This document shows positions 52,269 through 62,923 of a DNA stretch of 64,000 bases, piece after piece. Source of the stretch: Thecamonas trahens ATCC 50062 (Eukaryota; Protista; Apusomonadida); assembly GCF_000142905.1 (NCBI RefSeq), contig NW_013657656.1, forward strand, positions 282,991 through 346,990. The letters are read 5' to 3'. The notes beneath the pieces were generated by a model. It was not told the origin of the DNA and did no database searches. It was given only the letters and a program-made list of their open reading frames with translations. The position numbers and the translations under genes are program-made. The stretch's first letter is position 1; each line of letters begins with the position of its first letter.

Positions 52269-54076
52269 ATGGCCGCGACACCGCCTCCGACTTCTGAAGA
52301 GCTCACCCGTAAGTACACACATTCCCCACGGCTTCCAGCGACATATGACCATACCATATGACCATGTCCATCAGATGTTCTTGAATGACCATACCATACT
52401 GTGTCATCACCGGCCGCGAGGTTGGATGGAGCTGTGATGGATCTTCCACGTGAGGAACACAGCTTGGGGGGGGGGGGGGGGGGGGGGGGGGGGCTACTAT
52501 GGGCATGAAATCATGTCCAAACCAGATAGAATGGATGGATATGGGATGGAATAGGGCGTAGGGCAGGTGTGCCTGGAAAGTGGTCGGTAGGTGGGCTTGT
52601 GCCCCCCCACTCCACTTCGCCCGCACACTTCTTGTCTCTGTCGCGTAGTTTACGATTCTTTATCATGTGTGGAATTGGGCAGATGATGGTATGGGTGATG
52701 ATGGTATGGGTGATGATGGTATGGGTGATGGGTGATGATGGTATGGTGGAGATGCTGATCTTGACTGTTATCAATGTCATGTGGGGGACTCACATGCCTT
52801 AGGCGACGGGGATGATGCAGAGGCTGCTAATGCGGCTGACGGGACACAGGTCGAGGGCAACGGGGCCGCGGCCGAGGAGCCCAAGAAGAAGAAGAAGAAG
52901 AAGAAGAAGAAGAAGAAGGGTCTGCCTGGCGATCTGATCGGGGGCAATGCCGAGTATGTGGCGGCACAGCGTGCAAAGCAGACGGATCCGCCGACCAAGC
53001 CGGTGAGGCGCCTGTTCAAGAACGCCGCGCTTTTCCCGGCGGGCGAGCTGATGCAGTACGAGGACAACGGAGTGCGGTACTCGTCGGCGGAGAAGCGGGC
53101 TGAGGAGCGGGCGACTCGTGAGTGGATCGACAACTGGCGTCTTGGCGCCGAGGTCCATCGCCAGGTCCGCGCCCATGCGCAGAAGCACATCCGCCCGGGC
53201 ATGCTGCTGCGCGAGATCGCCGAGCTCGTTGAGAACACGGCGCGGGTGCTCATTGATGAGAACGGGCTGGAGGCTGGGCTTGGCTTCCCGTGCGGCGTGT
53301 CGGTCAACAACTGCGCGGCACACTACACGCCGAACCCGGATGATGAGGACATTGCGCTGCAGAGCGGCGACGTGCTCAAGGTGGACTTTGGCGTCCACTA
53401 CCAGGGCGCGATTGTGGACTCGGCCTGGACATGGTGCGACGACCCGGTCAAGCAGCCGCTTCTCGACGCGGTCCGCGCTGCAACCGAGGCCGGCATCAAG
53501 GCTGCAGGCATTGACGTCCGCCTTGTTGACGTCGGCGCCGCCATCGAGGAGGTGATGACCTCGTACGAGGTCGAGATCGACGGTGAGGTCTACCCGGTGC
53601 AGCCGGTCAACAACCTGTTTGGCCACTCGATCGAGCCGTACATCATCCATGCTGGCCACTCGGTGCCCATCATTGCCAACCAGACCGGCGTCACCGGGCG
53701 CATGGAGGAGAACATGACGTACGCCATCGAGACCTTCGGCTCTATCGCCGGCCGTGCCCATGTTGTCGAGAATGGTGACTCGTCGCACTTTATGCTCGAG
53801 CCGCATGCGCGCGGCCGCATCGGCCTCAAGTCGGCCCAGCAGCTCCTCAACTTTATCAAGCGTACCTTCAACACGCTGCCGTTCTGCCGCCGCTGGCTCC
53901 ACCGCGCTGGTCAGACACGCCATGCCGGCGCCCTCTCCTACCTCGTCAAGAACGGCTTTATCTCCTCCCATCCGCCGCTCCTCGACTCTGCCGGCTCGCT
54001 CGTTGCCCAGTACGAGCACACCATCCTCCTCAAGCCGACCTGCAAGGAGGTTGTTTCTCGCGGTGATGACTACTAA
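52269..54076 (+). CDS. METAP2: Methionine aminopeptidase 2 (exon 1 52269-52308, exon 2 from 52803)
   Basis: Poly-Lys N-terminus, AEVHRQVR, NNCAAHYTPN, KVDFGVH, GHSIEPY.IHAG, YAIETF, AQYEHT, SRGDDY. Confidence 0.96.
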
Positions 54077-54249
54077 ACTCAAACTCGATTCCCTCTACGC
54101 TAACCCACCATCCACACCAAGCTGAGCTAATCGTTCATCGCTCGCCTCCCCATCGACTCTCGCCGGCCGCCCAGCGCGCCCGCCGTCCGCCGTTGCCCGG
54201 GCCCCTTGCACCCGCACCGCACCGCTCTCCGCCCCACCCCTTCCACACA

Positions 54250-54296
<47 letters not shown>

Positions 54297-54299
54297 CAG

Positions 54300-56129
54300 A
54301 TGTCATATAGTCCATGCGATAGCGCCACTGTCTCCACCCCGCCGTCATGGTCTGTGGCCGGTGACGGTCGGTCTACGTCCCCCCCACCTGCTGCCACTTC
54401 GTCAGGAGGCGCCAGTCCACGGAGCTTCAACAGAGCCACAAGCCAGTGTGAGAGTCAGGCACCGCGTGCAGATGTTGATGTCCGTACCAATGCCAGAGCA
54501 GCTTTCAGGGCCAGTGCCATGGCCACGATGAGTAAGGAGACCGCATCGGGAGGATTCGTGGCTGTCTCATCATCATCGCCTTCTGCGTCGTCATCGCAAG
54601 ATGTCTCGCCAGATTTGGAGGCATCGCCGCAGCCATCGTGGTCGTTGCAGCCCTCGGATGAGCTTGATGATGCTGGTGGTCATGGTCATGGTCATGGTCA
54701 TGGTCATGATTACGATGATGGAGTTATGCCGGTCATTACAACTACTGCCGCCAGTGCGGCTGATCTCCAGGCGGCGATGGGCAATGCGTCGCCTGGGCCG
54801 CTGTCGGCGGGTGACTTGCGCGGCGCGGGGGAGACGAGGAAGCCGGACACTTTGCATCCGAGGAGGTCAGCAGCAAGAGGCACTCGGCGAGGTCATCGAT
54901 CTCGCCGCAAGCACCGTCATGAAAGCAGAGGGCCGGTTCCTGCGCCACGCCCTCTGCCGTGGCCGCGGGCAGCACCGGCGGAAGAGGACAATGACGAGAG
55001 AACCACCCGCAGGGCCCGCCGCATGGAGCGTGCGGTTGCTGATGCCGCGCGCGAGGCGGATGCGACTGCGCAGGCCCGTGCTCTGCCAGCCACAGTCACC
55101 CCACTCGGCAGGCTGCCGGCAGGGCGAGCACGCCGCAAGCGCGGGGGCCCGGTGCTCGAGCCAGAGGCCCGCGGCCTGCTGGAGACATATCTTGGAACGG
55201 GCATCCGCGATCCGGAGCTGGATGTCATGGCCGAACAGCTGGCAGCGTTTGACCGCAAGCTGGCCCGGCTGGCAGCAACTCGAGCATCGGTCCTTGGCGC
55301 CTTCTCCAAAGGCGTTGCGTCGCTCACGGCGCACGACTCGGGCTTCCGCCCGTCGCGGGCGTATTCCGCGGCACGGCAGGTTCGCGATGGCGACGGCAGC
55401 TCGGCCCTGCCGAGCTCAGCTGGCTCGCGACTGCGGCTTGTCGACGCCCTCTCGTCTGACTCGTACTACTCGGAGCCTTTGTGGTCGGACGAGCCGGTGT
55501 GGTCCGGCTCGTGCGACTCGTCCGACTACGGCGCGTGGCTCGAGGCCCGACGAGAACGCGAGGTTCTGAGCAAACGCCGCCGGCGCCGGCGAACCAGCCA
55601 CGGTGGTCGCGTGCGGGAAGCCGCTGCTGCCGACCCGGCCACCCGGCGGGCACATCTGCGGCGGTCGTTGGCTGCTGCGCGAAAGCGGCGATCGCCGGCG
55701 TCGCCAGCCGGTCGCGGCCGTCGCCTTCCCCGCTTCCCGCGGCATGTCAAGCTTCCGGCGTCGGTCCTAGCGTCGGCAGGCATTTGTCGGTCCGACTCGT
55801 GCACCAACTCGGGTTCCGCCACCGACGACGCTGCAGCGCTACTCTCGCCGATGGAGGCGAGACGCGCGGCCAACCGCAAGACACGCCGCGCCCGCCGCGC
55901 CAAGGTCCTCGCCAAGGTCGACGCCTTTCTCGACGCTGACTCGTCGTCGTCGTCGGGCATTCACGGCCTGCTTGACGAGCACCTTACTCTTGCCCAGATC
56001 CGGGACATTGCCGATGGCGGGCCGCGGGCCCACCGCGCTGTTGTCGCCGCTCGCAGCCACCAGCGCATTCCGCGTCCGCATCCATCCCACGCTCAGATGC
56101 GGGCCTGGGCCGACTCAGATTCGTCGTAA
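54300..56129 (+). CDS. Hypothetical low-complexity Arg/Ser/Ala-rich protein
   Basis: 609-aa ORF; family not recognised. Confidence 0.5.
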   Translation: MSYSPCDSATVSTPPSWSVAGDGRSTSPPPAATSSGGASPRSFNRATSQCESQAPRADVDVRTNARAAFRASAMATMSKETASGGFVAVSSSSPSASSSQDVSPDLEASPQPSWSLQPSDELDDAGGHGHGHGHGHDYDDGVMPVITTTAASAADLQAAMGNASPGPLSAGDLRGAGETRKPDTLHPRRSAARGTRRGHRSRRKHRHESRGPVPAPRPLPWPRAAPAEEDNDERTTRRARRMERAVADAAREADATAQARALPATVTPLGRLPAGRARRKRGGPVLEPEARGLLETYLGTGIRDPELDVMAEQLAAFDRKLARLAATRASVLGAFSKGVASLTAHDSGFRPSRAYSAARQVRDGDGSSALPSSAGSRLRLVDALSSDSYYSEPLWSDEPVWSGSCDSSDYGAWLEARREREVLSKRRRRRRTSHGGRVREAAAADPATRRAHLRRSLAAARKRRSPASPAGRGRRLPRFPRHVKLPASVLASAGICRSDSCTNSGSATDDAAALLSPMEARRAANRKTRRARRAKVLAKVDAFLDADSSSSSGIHGLLDEHLTLAQIRDIADGGPRAHRAVVAARSHQRIPRPHPSHAQMRAWADSDSS

Positions 56130-56336
56130 GTCTGGGACAATGGCGACCTGATCGATGGACGAGAGCGGATCATTGAGAATGGCGAGGAGAAGGGCGTGGA
56201 GGAAGGGAACGACATGACCACGACGGGCGTCGACCAAGGGAAGGAAGGCCTTGGCCACAGCACCGGTAAAGGGGAACATACGCGTCCCGAGCCCGGCAAT
56301 GGGCACCACGGCCTTGCGCAGACGGGGGCTTTCCAT
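56115..56336 (-). pseudogene. N-terminal fragment of a GalU-type (bacterial-like) nucleotidyltransferase
   Basis: RKAVVPIAGLGTRMFPFT.AVAKAFLPLVD is the GalU N-terminal signature, but the ORF stops after about 73 aa. Confidence 0.6.
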
Positions 56337-56353
56337 GGCGAGGAGGTAGAGGG

Positions 56354-56453
56354 NNNNNNNNNNNNNNNNNNNNNNNNNNNNNNNNNNNNNNNNNNNNNNN
56401 NNNNNNNNNNNNNNNNNNNNNNNNNNNNNNNNNNNNNNNNNNNNNNNNNNNNN
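56354..56453. other. Assembly gap (100 N)
   Basis: N run. Confidence 1.
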
Positions 56454-56501
56454 TTTTGCTGATAAATGCACCCGCCCATTCCAGCCGCCTGCGCGATGCG
56501 C

Positions 56502-56859
56502 TTAGGGTTTCCTGTGTGTGTGTGGCCCCGCCCGAGGAAGAGGGCCGGTCGGCTCCGCGGGGGGGGACCAGGGGGGGGGGGGGGGAGGACATGACCAGCT
56601 GGAGAGCGGAAGAGGGGATGTAGGGATACCATACTCACGGAGGATATGGAACTGTGTATGGTGGTGTAGGGTATGCGCTTTTTGATCGTATCTCTGTGGG
56701 CTCTGCGGCTGTAGGCTCGTTGGCAGTCTCGTCGGCTTCCTCGCTCTGGGCCTCGGCACTCTCGCTGCAGAGCGCTATGAGTGGGCGGCAAGGAGGACAG
56801 GCTGCTCACCCGCACCCGCAGTCACACACGCCGCACCCGCCGGTTCCTCCGCATCCCAT
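56502..56859 (-). CDS. Putative 61-aa three-exon microprotein with a Cys-rich MGC N-terminus
   Basis: Exons 56859-56810, 56764-56639 and 56511-56502 joined by phase-consistent GTGAG..CAG introns. Confidence 0.45.
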
Positions 56860-57326
56860 GTAATGGTCATCCTTCGGATGATCTCGGCCCTCATCCTCCT
56901 CACACATTCATTCATCGATCTTGATGACGCAAGTCACCGTCGATGCCAATGAGCCATGGTCGTCGGTGCCTCTAGCCATGGTCAAGCCCATCCACCTACT
57001 GATCGCCATCACCATCACGCACATCGTCATCGCCACCCCCACCGTCCTCCTCCTCTTCCACCACCACTCGTTTGGTTGTTTCTTAAGAGGGCTGACGTCT
57101 CTGAAACCGCGGCGGAATAGTGCGGCACAAGCTGGACTGGCAGGACGGATCGAGTCGCGAGCACGGCCAAATCGTCAAGTCCGCACACCTCTCTTCACAA
57201 AGACACATAACCTGCAGAGGAGTATTTGCAGGTGCTGACACACATTCTCTCTATCTTTTTCTCTTTCTCTCTCTCTCTCTCTCTCACCCCTCATCCCACG
57301 CGTCTCGCTGCTCATCACCGTTACAG

Positions 57327-57896
57327 CGGCTGGAGCGAAAGACCAAGGAGACCGAAGTGATGGTGGAGCTGTGTTTGGATGGAAGTGGGAGTGCCGAGGT
57401 GGAGACTGGTATTGGTTTTCTGGATCACATGCTCACGGCCCTGGCCAAGCACGCTCGCTGGGATCTTGTTCTGACGTGTGACGGTGACCTGCATGTCGAC
57501 GATCATCACACGGTCGAAGACTGCGCCCTCGTTCTGGGCTCGGCCTTCAAGGCCGCTCTTGGCACTGTGGCCGGCATCGCTCGCTTTGGACATGCCTATT
57601 GCCCGCTCGATGAGTCACTCTCGCGGGCAGTCGTCGACATCTCAGGTCGCCCGCACGCTACAGTCGACATCGATTTCAAACGCGAGAAGATCGGGGAGCT
57701 CTCGACTGAGATGATCCCGCATGTCTTTACCTCGTTTGCTTCGACTGCTGGCATCACCATCCATGTCACCAACCTCTACGGCGCCAACGACCACCACAAG
57801 GCCGAGTCGGCGTTCAAGGCTGCCGCCGTCGCCCTCCGCGCCGCACTCACCCGCGACAACTCTGCCGGTGTGCCGTCGACCAAGGGCGTTCTCTAG
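57327..57896 (+). CDS. HIS3: Imidazoleglycerol-phosphate dehydratase, main exon (first exon upstream not resolved)
   Basis: RKTKET, TGIGFLDHML, DDHHTVED, PLDESL, NDHHKAESAFKA, VPSTKGVL. Confidence 0.95.
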   Translation, partial: RLERKTKETEVMVELCLDGSGSAEVETGIGFLDHMLTALAKHARWDLVLTCDGDLHVDDHHTVEDCALVLGSAFKAALGTVAGIARFGHAYCPLDESLSRAVVDISGRPHATVDIDFKREKIGELSTEMIPHVFTSFASTAGITIHVTNLYGANDHHKAESAFKAAAVALRAALTRDNSAGVPSTKGVL

Positions 57897-57905
57897 GTAA
57901 ACATC

Positions 57906-58514
57906 TTATTCATCGCCGAGTCCAAGGTGTGCCGCGATGGCTGCGTCGTAGTCGCGAGTCCGCTTAAAGGCAGTGCGGGCAAGCGCCCGGCGGGTGGCGT
58001 ACGACACGCTGCCACCAGACGAGGTCATCTCGTCCGCGACGGCTTTGTACTGCGCCGGATCGACGACCACGGTGACGCCCTCGCAGAACGCCTTGGCCGC
58101 TGCGCGGATCATGGTCACGCCACCGATGTCAATCTCGTCAGTAACTGCCGAGTCGGAGAGCCCAGCACGGCCTGCAACCACCGTCTCAAACGGATACAGG
58201 TTGCAGACGACGAGGTCGATGGCGCCGATGCCGTGGGCGGCAGCCTCGACAACGTCAGCGTCGACAGACCGCCGCATGAGTAGGCCACCATGGATCAGCG
58301 GGTGCAGCGTCTTGACTCGCCCACCAAACACCTCCGGAAAGCCCGTCACCTCCTGCACCGCAGTCACCGCAAGGCCCGCAGCCTCGAGCGTCCGTGCCGT
58401 CCCGCCCGTGCTCACAATGGTCACCCCGACAGCTACCAGAGCTTGACAGAGCTCAACCACGCCGGTTTTGTCCGCCACAGACACCAGCGCCCGCTTCACC
58501 ATACTCTCCGACAT
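57906..58514 (-). CDS. purH: Stand-alone IMP cyclohydrolase (PurH N-terminal/MGS-like domain)
   Basis: RALVSVADKTG, STGGT, GRVKTLHP, NLYPF, IDIGGVTMIRAAAK, YDAAI, then a stop. Confidence 0.92.
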   Translation of the reverse strand: MSESMVKRALVSVADKTGVVELCQALVAVGVTIVSTGGTARTLEAAGLAVTAVQEVTGFPEVFGGRVKTLHPLIHGGLLMRRSVDADVVEAAAHGIGAIDLVVCNLYPFETVVAGRAGLSDSAVTDEIDIGGVTMIRAAAKAFCEGVTVVVDPAQYKAVADEMTSSGGSVSYATRRALARTAFKRTRDYDAAIAAHLGLGDE

Positions 58515-58943
58515 GCTGTTTCTAAGAGTCAAGTTGTTGTATCCCCTTCTCGCCACTTGAGCTCACGCCTTGCTTGTTGCCTCGCCAGCCCGGTCAGAGT
58601 ACCGTGTTACTTTTTTTTGGCCCTCCGCACTGTCCCGCACATCACTGCCGTCACAGCGCCCATGTGCTTGTTCTAGGCATGCTACGAGGCGACATGGCAG
58701 AAAGTACAATGCAGAGCCACAAAGCAGAGGGTATGGGCAGGAGAGCTAGCCTGAAGGCAGAGGGAAAGAGGTGAGGCGGCTACCTGTGGAACGTTCGAAT
58801 GGAATGCTGCCCTCAACTCTCCCACTCTGCACGCTTCGGCGTCAGCCAACTGAGAGCTCAGGTGAGCGGCAGTCAGCCCAGAGCTACCCAATTGCAGAGC
58901 GAGTCGGCCACCTCTCGACGGATACCAGGACCAGGTTGACGAC

Positions 58944-60197
58944 ATGGCAGACAAGACAGCGAGCGTGGAACTCAAGTACGGGTGTAACCCGTACCAAGTA
59001 CCGGCGACGTACGAGGTGACGGCCGACAGCGACGGCCGGCTCCCGTTCCATGTCCTCAACGGGACACCTGGCTTTATCAATCTCCTCGACGCGCTCAACG
59101 CATGGCATCTGGTGGCCGAACTGGCGGAAGCGACGGGCTTTGACGCAGCGGCATCGTTTAAGCATGTTTCGCCGGCAGGCGCAGCCATCTCGGCTTTTCC
59201 GCTCACAGACGCCGAGGCAGCCGCGTATGAGATCGCGGACCCTGCTGGCCTCGAGGGCCCGGCCCTGGCCTACGTTCGGGCGCGCAACGCGGATCCCAAG
59301 TCGTCGTTTGGCGACTTTATCGCCATTTCGGGCACAGTCGACGAGGCTGCGGCCAAGGTCATCAAACCGCATGTCTCGGACGGCATCATTGCGGCCGACT
59401 ATGACGAGGCCGCGCTCACGCTGCTGTCGGCTAAGAAGGGCGGCAAGTTTGTGGTACTCAAGGCCGATCCGGCGTACCATCCGCCCGAGATGGAGGACCG
59501 ACTTGTCCACGGCGTGCGGATGCGACAGAAGCGCAATGTGGAGAGCGTTTCGCCTGATGAGCTCCGCGGATGCGTGACCAATGCCGACGACGCGGCACGG
59601 CTGACCAGCGCCGCCCTGCTCGACCTCACCGTTGCGTCGATCGCTATCAAGTACACCCAGTCAAACTCGGTCGGATACGCCATCCGCGGGCAGATGATCG
59701 GTATCGGAGCCGGACAGCAGTCGCGGATCGACTGCACGCGGATCGCCGGTGACAAGGCCGCGGTCTGGTGGCTCCGCCAGCATCCGCGGGTTCTCGGGCT
59801 CAAGTTTGCCAAGGGTGTCAAGCGGCAGGCGCGGGTCAACGCGCGAGTTGAGTTCCTTGCCATGTCGCCGGATCCTGCTGTCAACGCTGTGCTCGTCAAC
59901 GAGGCGCAGATGGCGCGATTCAACGCGCAGCTCGAAGAGACCGAGCTCGACACCGACCCGCTCTCGCAGGTCGAGCGCGCCATCTTTATCACAAACTCGG
60001 CCCGCGATGCCGGTGGGGTGGCGCTCTGCTCGGATGCCTTCTTCCCCTTTCGCGACTCGATCGAAGAGGCGGCCCGCCATGGCGTGGCCTGGGTTTTGCA
60101 GCCTGGCGGGTCGGTCCGCGACGACGAGGTCGAGGCTGCATCGCGCGCGTACGACATGGTCATGATCAAGAACGGCAAGCGAACGTTCCACCACTGA
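58944..60197 (+). CDS. purH: Stand-alone AICAR transformylase (PurH C-terminal domain)
   Basis: LKYGCNPYQ, FINLLDALN, SFKHVSPAGAA, KYTQSNSV, GAGQQSRIDC, SDAFFPFRD, QPGGS, RTFHH. Confidence 0.94.
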   Translation: MADKTASVELKYGCNPYQVPATYEVTADSDGRLPFHVLNGTPGFINLLDALNAWHLVAELAEATGFDAAASFKHVSPAGAAISAFPLTDAEAAAYEIADPAGLEGPALAYVRARNADPKSSFGDFIAISGTVDEAAAKVIKPHVSDGIIAADYDEAALTLLSAKKGGKFVVLKADPAYHPPEMEDRLVHGVRMRQKRNVESVSPDELRGCVTNADDAARLTSAALLDLTVASIAIKYTQSNSVGYAIRGQMIGIGAGQQSRIDCTRIAGDKAAVWWLRQHPRVLGLKFAKGVKRQARVNARVEFLAMSPDPAVNAVLVNEAQMARFNAQLEETELDTDPLSQVERAIFITNSARDAGGVALCSDAFFPFRDSIEEAARHGVAWVLQPGGSVRDDEVEAASRAYDMVMIKNGKRTFHH

Positions 60198-60285
60198 TCA
60201 TGGCGCGTGGCCAGTGAACTTATTCCAGTACGGGTATGGATGTTCAATGCAGGACAGGATGGGGGGGGGGGAGGGAGGAGGCAGG

Positions 60286-61422
60286 TTAGGCGCAGGCGTC
60301 AACGTCGCGTGCAACGTCGTCGTCGACGAGCGCGGGTGCCGCCGGGCGCTCCAGACCGACGACCGACTCGCGGGCGTCCGACTTGGCGGGTGAGGGCGAC
60401 TTGGGAAGGCCCGGCGCCTCCGAGGCGGAGACCGACGAGGAGGCAAAGAGGGCGGCATCGGCAAGGATGTCGTCGCGGGAAATCGACTTGATCGAGCGCA
60501 TCTGGGCATACTGGCGTGAGATGGTGGCGGCCATCTCCTCGGCGGAGCAGTAGGTTGACCAGTCAACCTTGAGCACCGGAATGTACTTGGAGATGTCATC
60601 GATGAACTTGTTGTAGCCGGCGTACAGCTGGCGGAGGTACTCGATGGGGATGAGCGACTCGCACTCGCGCCCGCGCGACTTAATCCGCTCGTAGCTCTCC
60701 TCGGGCGTCACATCGAGGTGCACAATGAGGTTCGGCTTCCGCATAAAGTTCGACATGTTCTCAAACAGCTCAAGGTCTACATTCAGGGCGAGTTAGTGGC
60801 GTGACGGGGAAGGGAAGGAAGAGGGGAGGGGTAGGGTGATCTCATCATGACAACGTACAGGTATCAAAGTCGCGCTCGTCCATCTTGCCGTCGTCCTTGA
60901 GCATGCGAGCAAAGACGAGGTCCTCATAGATGGAGCGATCAGCAATACCACCCGCCTTGGACCAAATGATCTGCTGCTGCTGCTCAAAGCGCTTGTTGAG
61001 GAGGTAGACCTGGAGCGGGAAGGAGTACTTTGCCTGGTCAGCGTAAAAGTCCTCCAAGTACACGTTCTCCGCCACGGGCTCGTGGAAGACAGGCAAGCCC
61101 ATCTCCTTTGACAGCGCATCCGCCAATGTTGTCTTGCCGGCACCTAGTTCCTTTCATAAGTGAGTCTGATGTCATGCCCATGGTTGTGCCTTTAATCCTG
61201 CTGGGTAGCTGGGCCATAAATAATGCCGCGAGGGTTAGCGCAAGGTAGAATCTACACTGACCGGCACGAGGTCACCCTTGCCCCCCGCCCCCCACCCCCC
61301 ATGGCACCCACGCCATGGGAAGTGGAAGAGTACCAGCAAGAAGAAAGGTGGGAGGGTAGTCAATGCGTACCAATGAGGCCCGAGATGGCAATGAACAGCT
61401 TCTCTCCGTAGGCAGAAGACAT
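60286..61422 (-). CDS. Deoxynucleoside kinase (dAK/dGK-like); exons 61422-61371, 61143-60859, 60776-60286
   Basis: Spliced P-loop ISGLIGAGKTT, FYAD, DRSIYED, RIKSRGRECE lid motif. Confidence 0.9.
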
Positions 61423-61880
61423 GGCTACAGCTCAGTGAGTGGGGTGTTGGGAGCGAGGGGACCGAGGCAAAGTGGCGCAGAGGCGCCAGTGGCCGAAGCC
61501 CCCCACCACGGGGGGGGGGGGGGGGGACGGGCAATGGGGAAATCAGGCACAACATTGGTAACAGCTTCTTTTGTACCATCGCCACAACGCCATCATCGAT
61601 ATCGCCATCTCTGGCTGTCTCCCATTACTGCGCATTGATATCTGTCTTACGCCACTGTCTTGGATCATCGCTGTCGCTGCGTCGGGTCCACATCTCGGGC
61701 AGGCATCCCTCGGCCGCAAGCACGTCACGCTAGCTAGCCGGGATCACGACCAGGACAAGCCAGCTAGGTAGATCCCAAGTCCAGGATCAAGATGGACGGC
61801 CATCGCTGGGCTACAGCGCCACGACGAGGCCGGTCAAGCCAAAGGGGAGCAACACACAATCACTCGACTCTTCTCCGATC

Positions 61881-62900
61881 ATGGCAGCATCTGAGGGACG
61901 ACCATTGCTGCGAAGGGTATCGGCCGGAACGCCGACAGCGAGAGGCGAGCTGGAGGCAATGTGGCGAGAAGGGCGAGTGACGGGCATGTTCAACATTCCC
62001 AACGAAGAGGTCTTTGCCATGTGCGTCGACTTTTGCATCCAGGCCGAGGCTGCAGGAGGAGGCGATGATGGGCACACGACCGGACGCAAGCTCGACGTTG
62101 ACGCGCTGGTGGCGGCATCGCCTAAGGAACGGGCTGAGCGCCTTGCAGCGGCATCGCCAGGCGCGCTAGCCGCAGTGGTGGCGGCTGCTATCGACGCGCT
62201 GGATCGCAATCGCATCAATGCTGCGCGCAAGATCCTGGCCGCAGAGGAGGACGCACGAGTGGCGAGCGAGCGGGGAGCCAGGGCAGCAGCGAAAGCCAGG
62301 GACGCCGCAGCCTTGGCGGCAAGCGAGCTGAAAGATGTGGAGAAGGAGTTGGCATGCGTGCGGAGGGAGCTGGTGGTAGCTCGTGAGCTCGTGGCGGAGC
62401 TTCAGGCGGCGGCGGTCGATGAGACGGGCGAGCGTGCGGCGCTGGAGGCCCGGGCCCGGGCGGCCGAGTCGGCGGCAGCGACGGCGCGGCTGGCGGCGAG
62501 GGAGGCAGTAGAGGAGGCCGAAGCAAGCAACCGCCAGGTGCGGAAGCTAGTGCGTGACATGCGGGAGATGGCGGCGCAGGGTGTGGCGGCGCAGGCCCGC
62601 ATCGATGCGCTGGAGGAGCAGGTCGGCATCCTCGCTGCCGCCGCCCCGCCCTGGTTCCAGCTCCCGGCGTCGCCGTCGGCGCAGCGGGACGGCGCATCAT
62701 CGTCACGGGTGGTGCGTCTCGAGTCGCCAAAGGCGGCTGGCACTGGCGGCGGCCCAACGCTTACGGACCACCTCAATCACAAGCTCCTGGCGTCGATGCT
62801 CGAGTCGGACGCGGCGGCGCGTTGGGGTCGAGACGACGATGGCGATGGCGACGGCGACGGCGACGGCGACGACAGTGACTCATCAGACTGGGACCCATGA
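61881..62900 (+). CDS. Hypothetical coiled-coil protein
   Basis: Ala/Glu/Arg heptad-rich ORF with an acidic tail. Confidence 0.55.
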   Translation: MAASEGRPLLRRVSAGTPTARGELEAMWREGRVTGMFNIPNEEVFAMCVDFCIQAEAAGGGDDGHTTGRKLDVDALVAASPKERAERLAAASPGALAAVVAAAIDALDRNRINAARKILAAEEDARVASERGARAAAKARDAAALAASELKDVEKELACVRRELVVARELVAELQAAAVDETGERAALEARARAAESAAATARLAAREAVEEAEASNRQVRKLVRDMREMAAQGVAAQARIDALEEQVGILAAAAPPWFQLPASPSAQRDGASSSRVVRLESPKAAGTGGGPTLTDHLNHKLLASMLESDAAARWGRDDDGDGDGDGDGDDSDSSDWDP

Positions 62901-62923
62901 GGTGGCAGAGGGTTTACGTCCTG

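Noticed and set aside
52682-52748. 15-bp tandem repeat GATGATGGTATGGGT (CRISPR-like?)
   Set aside because: No unique spacers; simple intronic minisatellite in MetAP2
52799-54082. Long antisense ORFs (here and opposite ELMO, DNA2, DBF4 and others)
   Set aside because: Shadow ORFs expected from high GC3 codon bias opposite real genes
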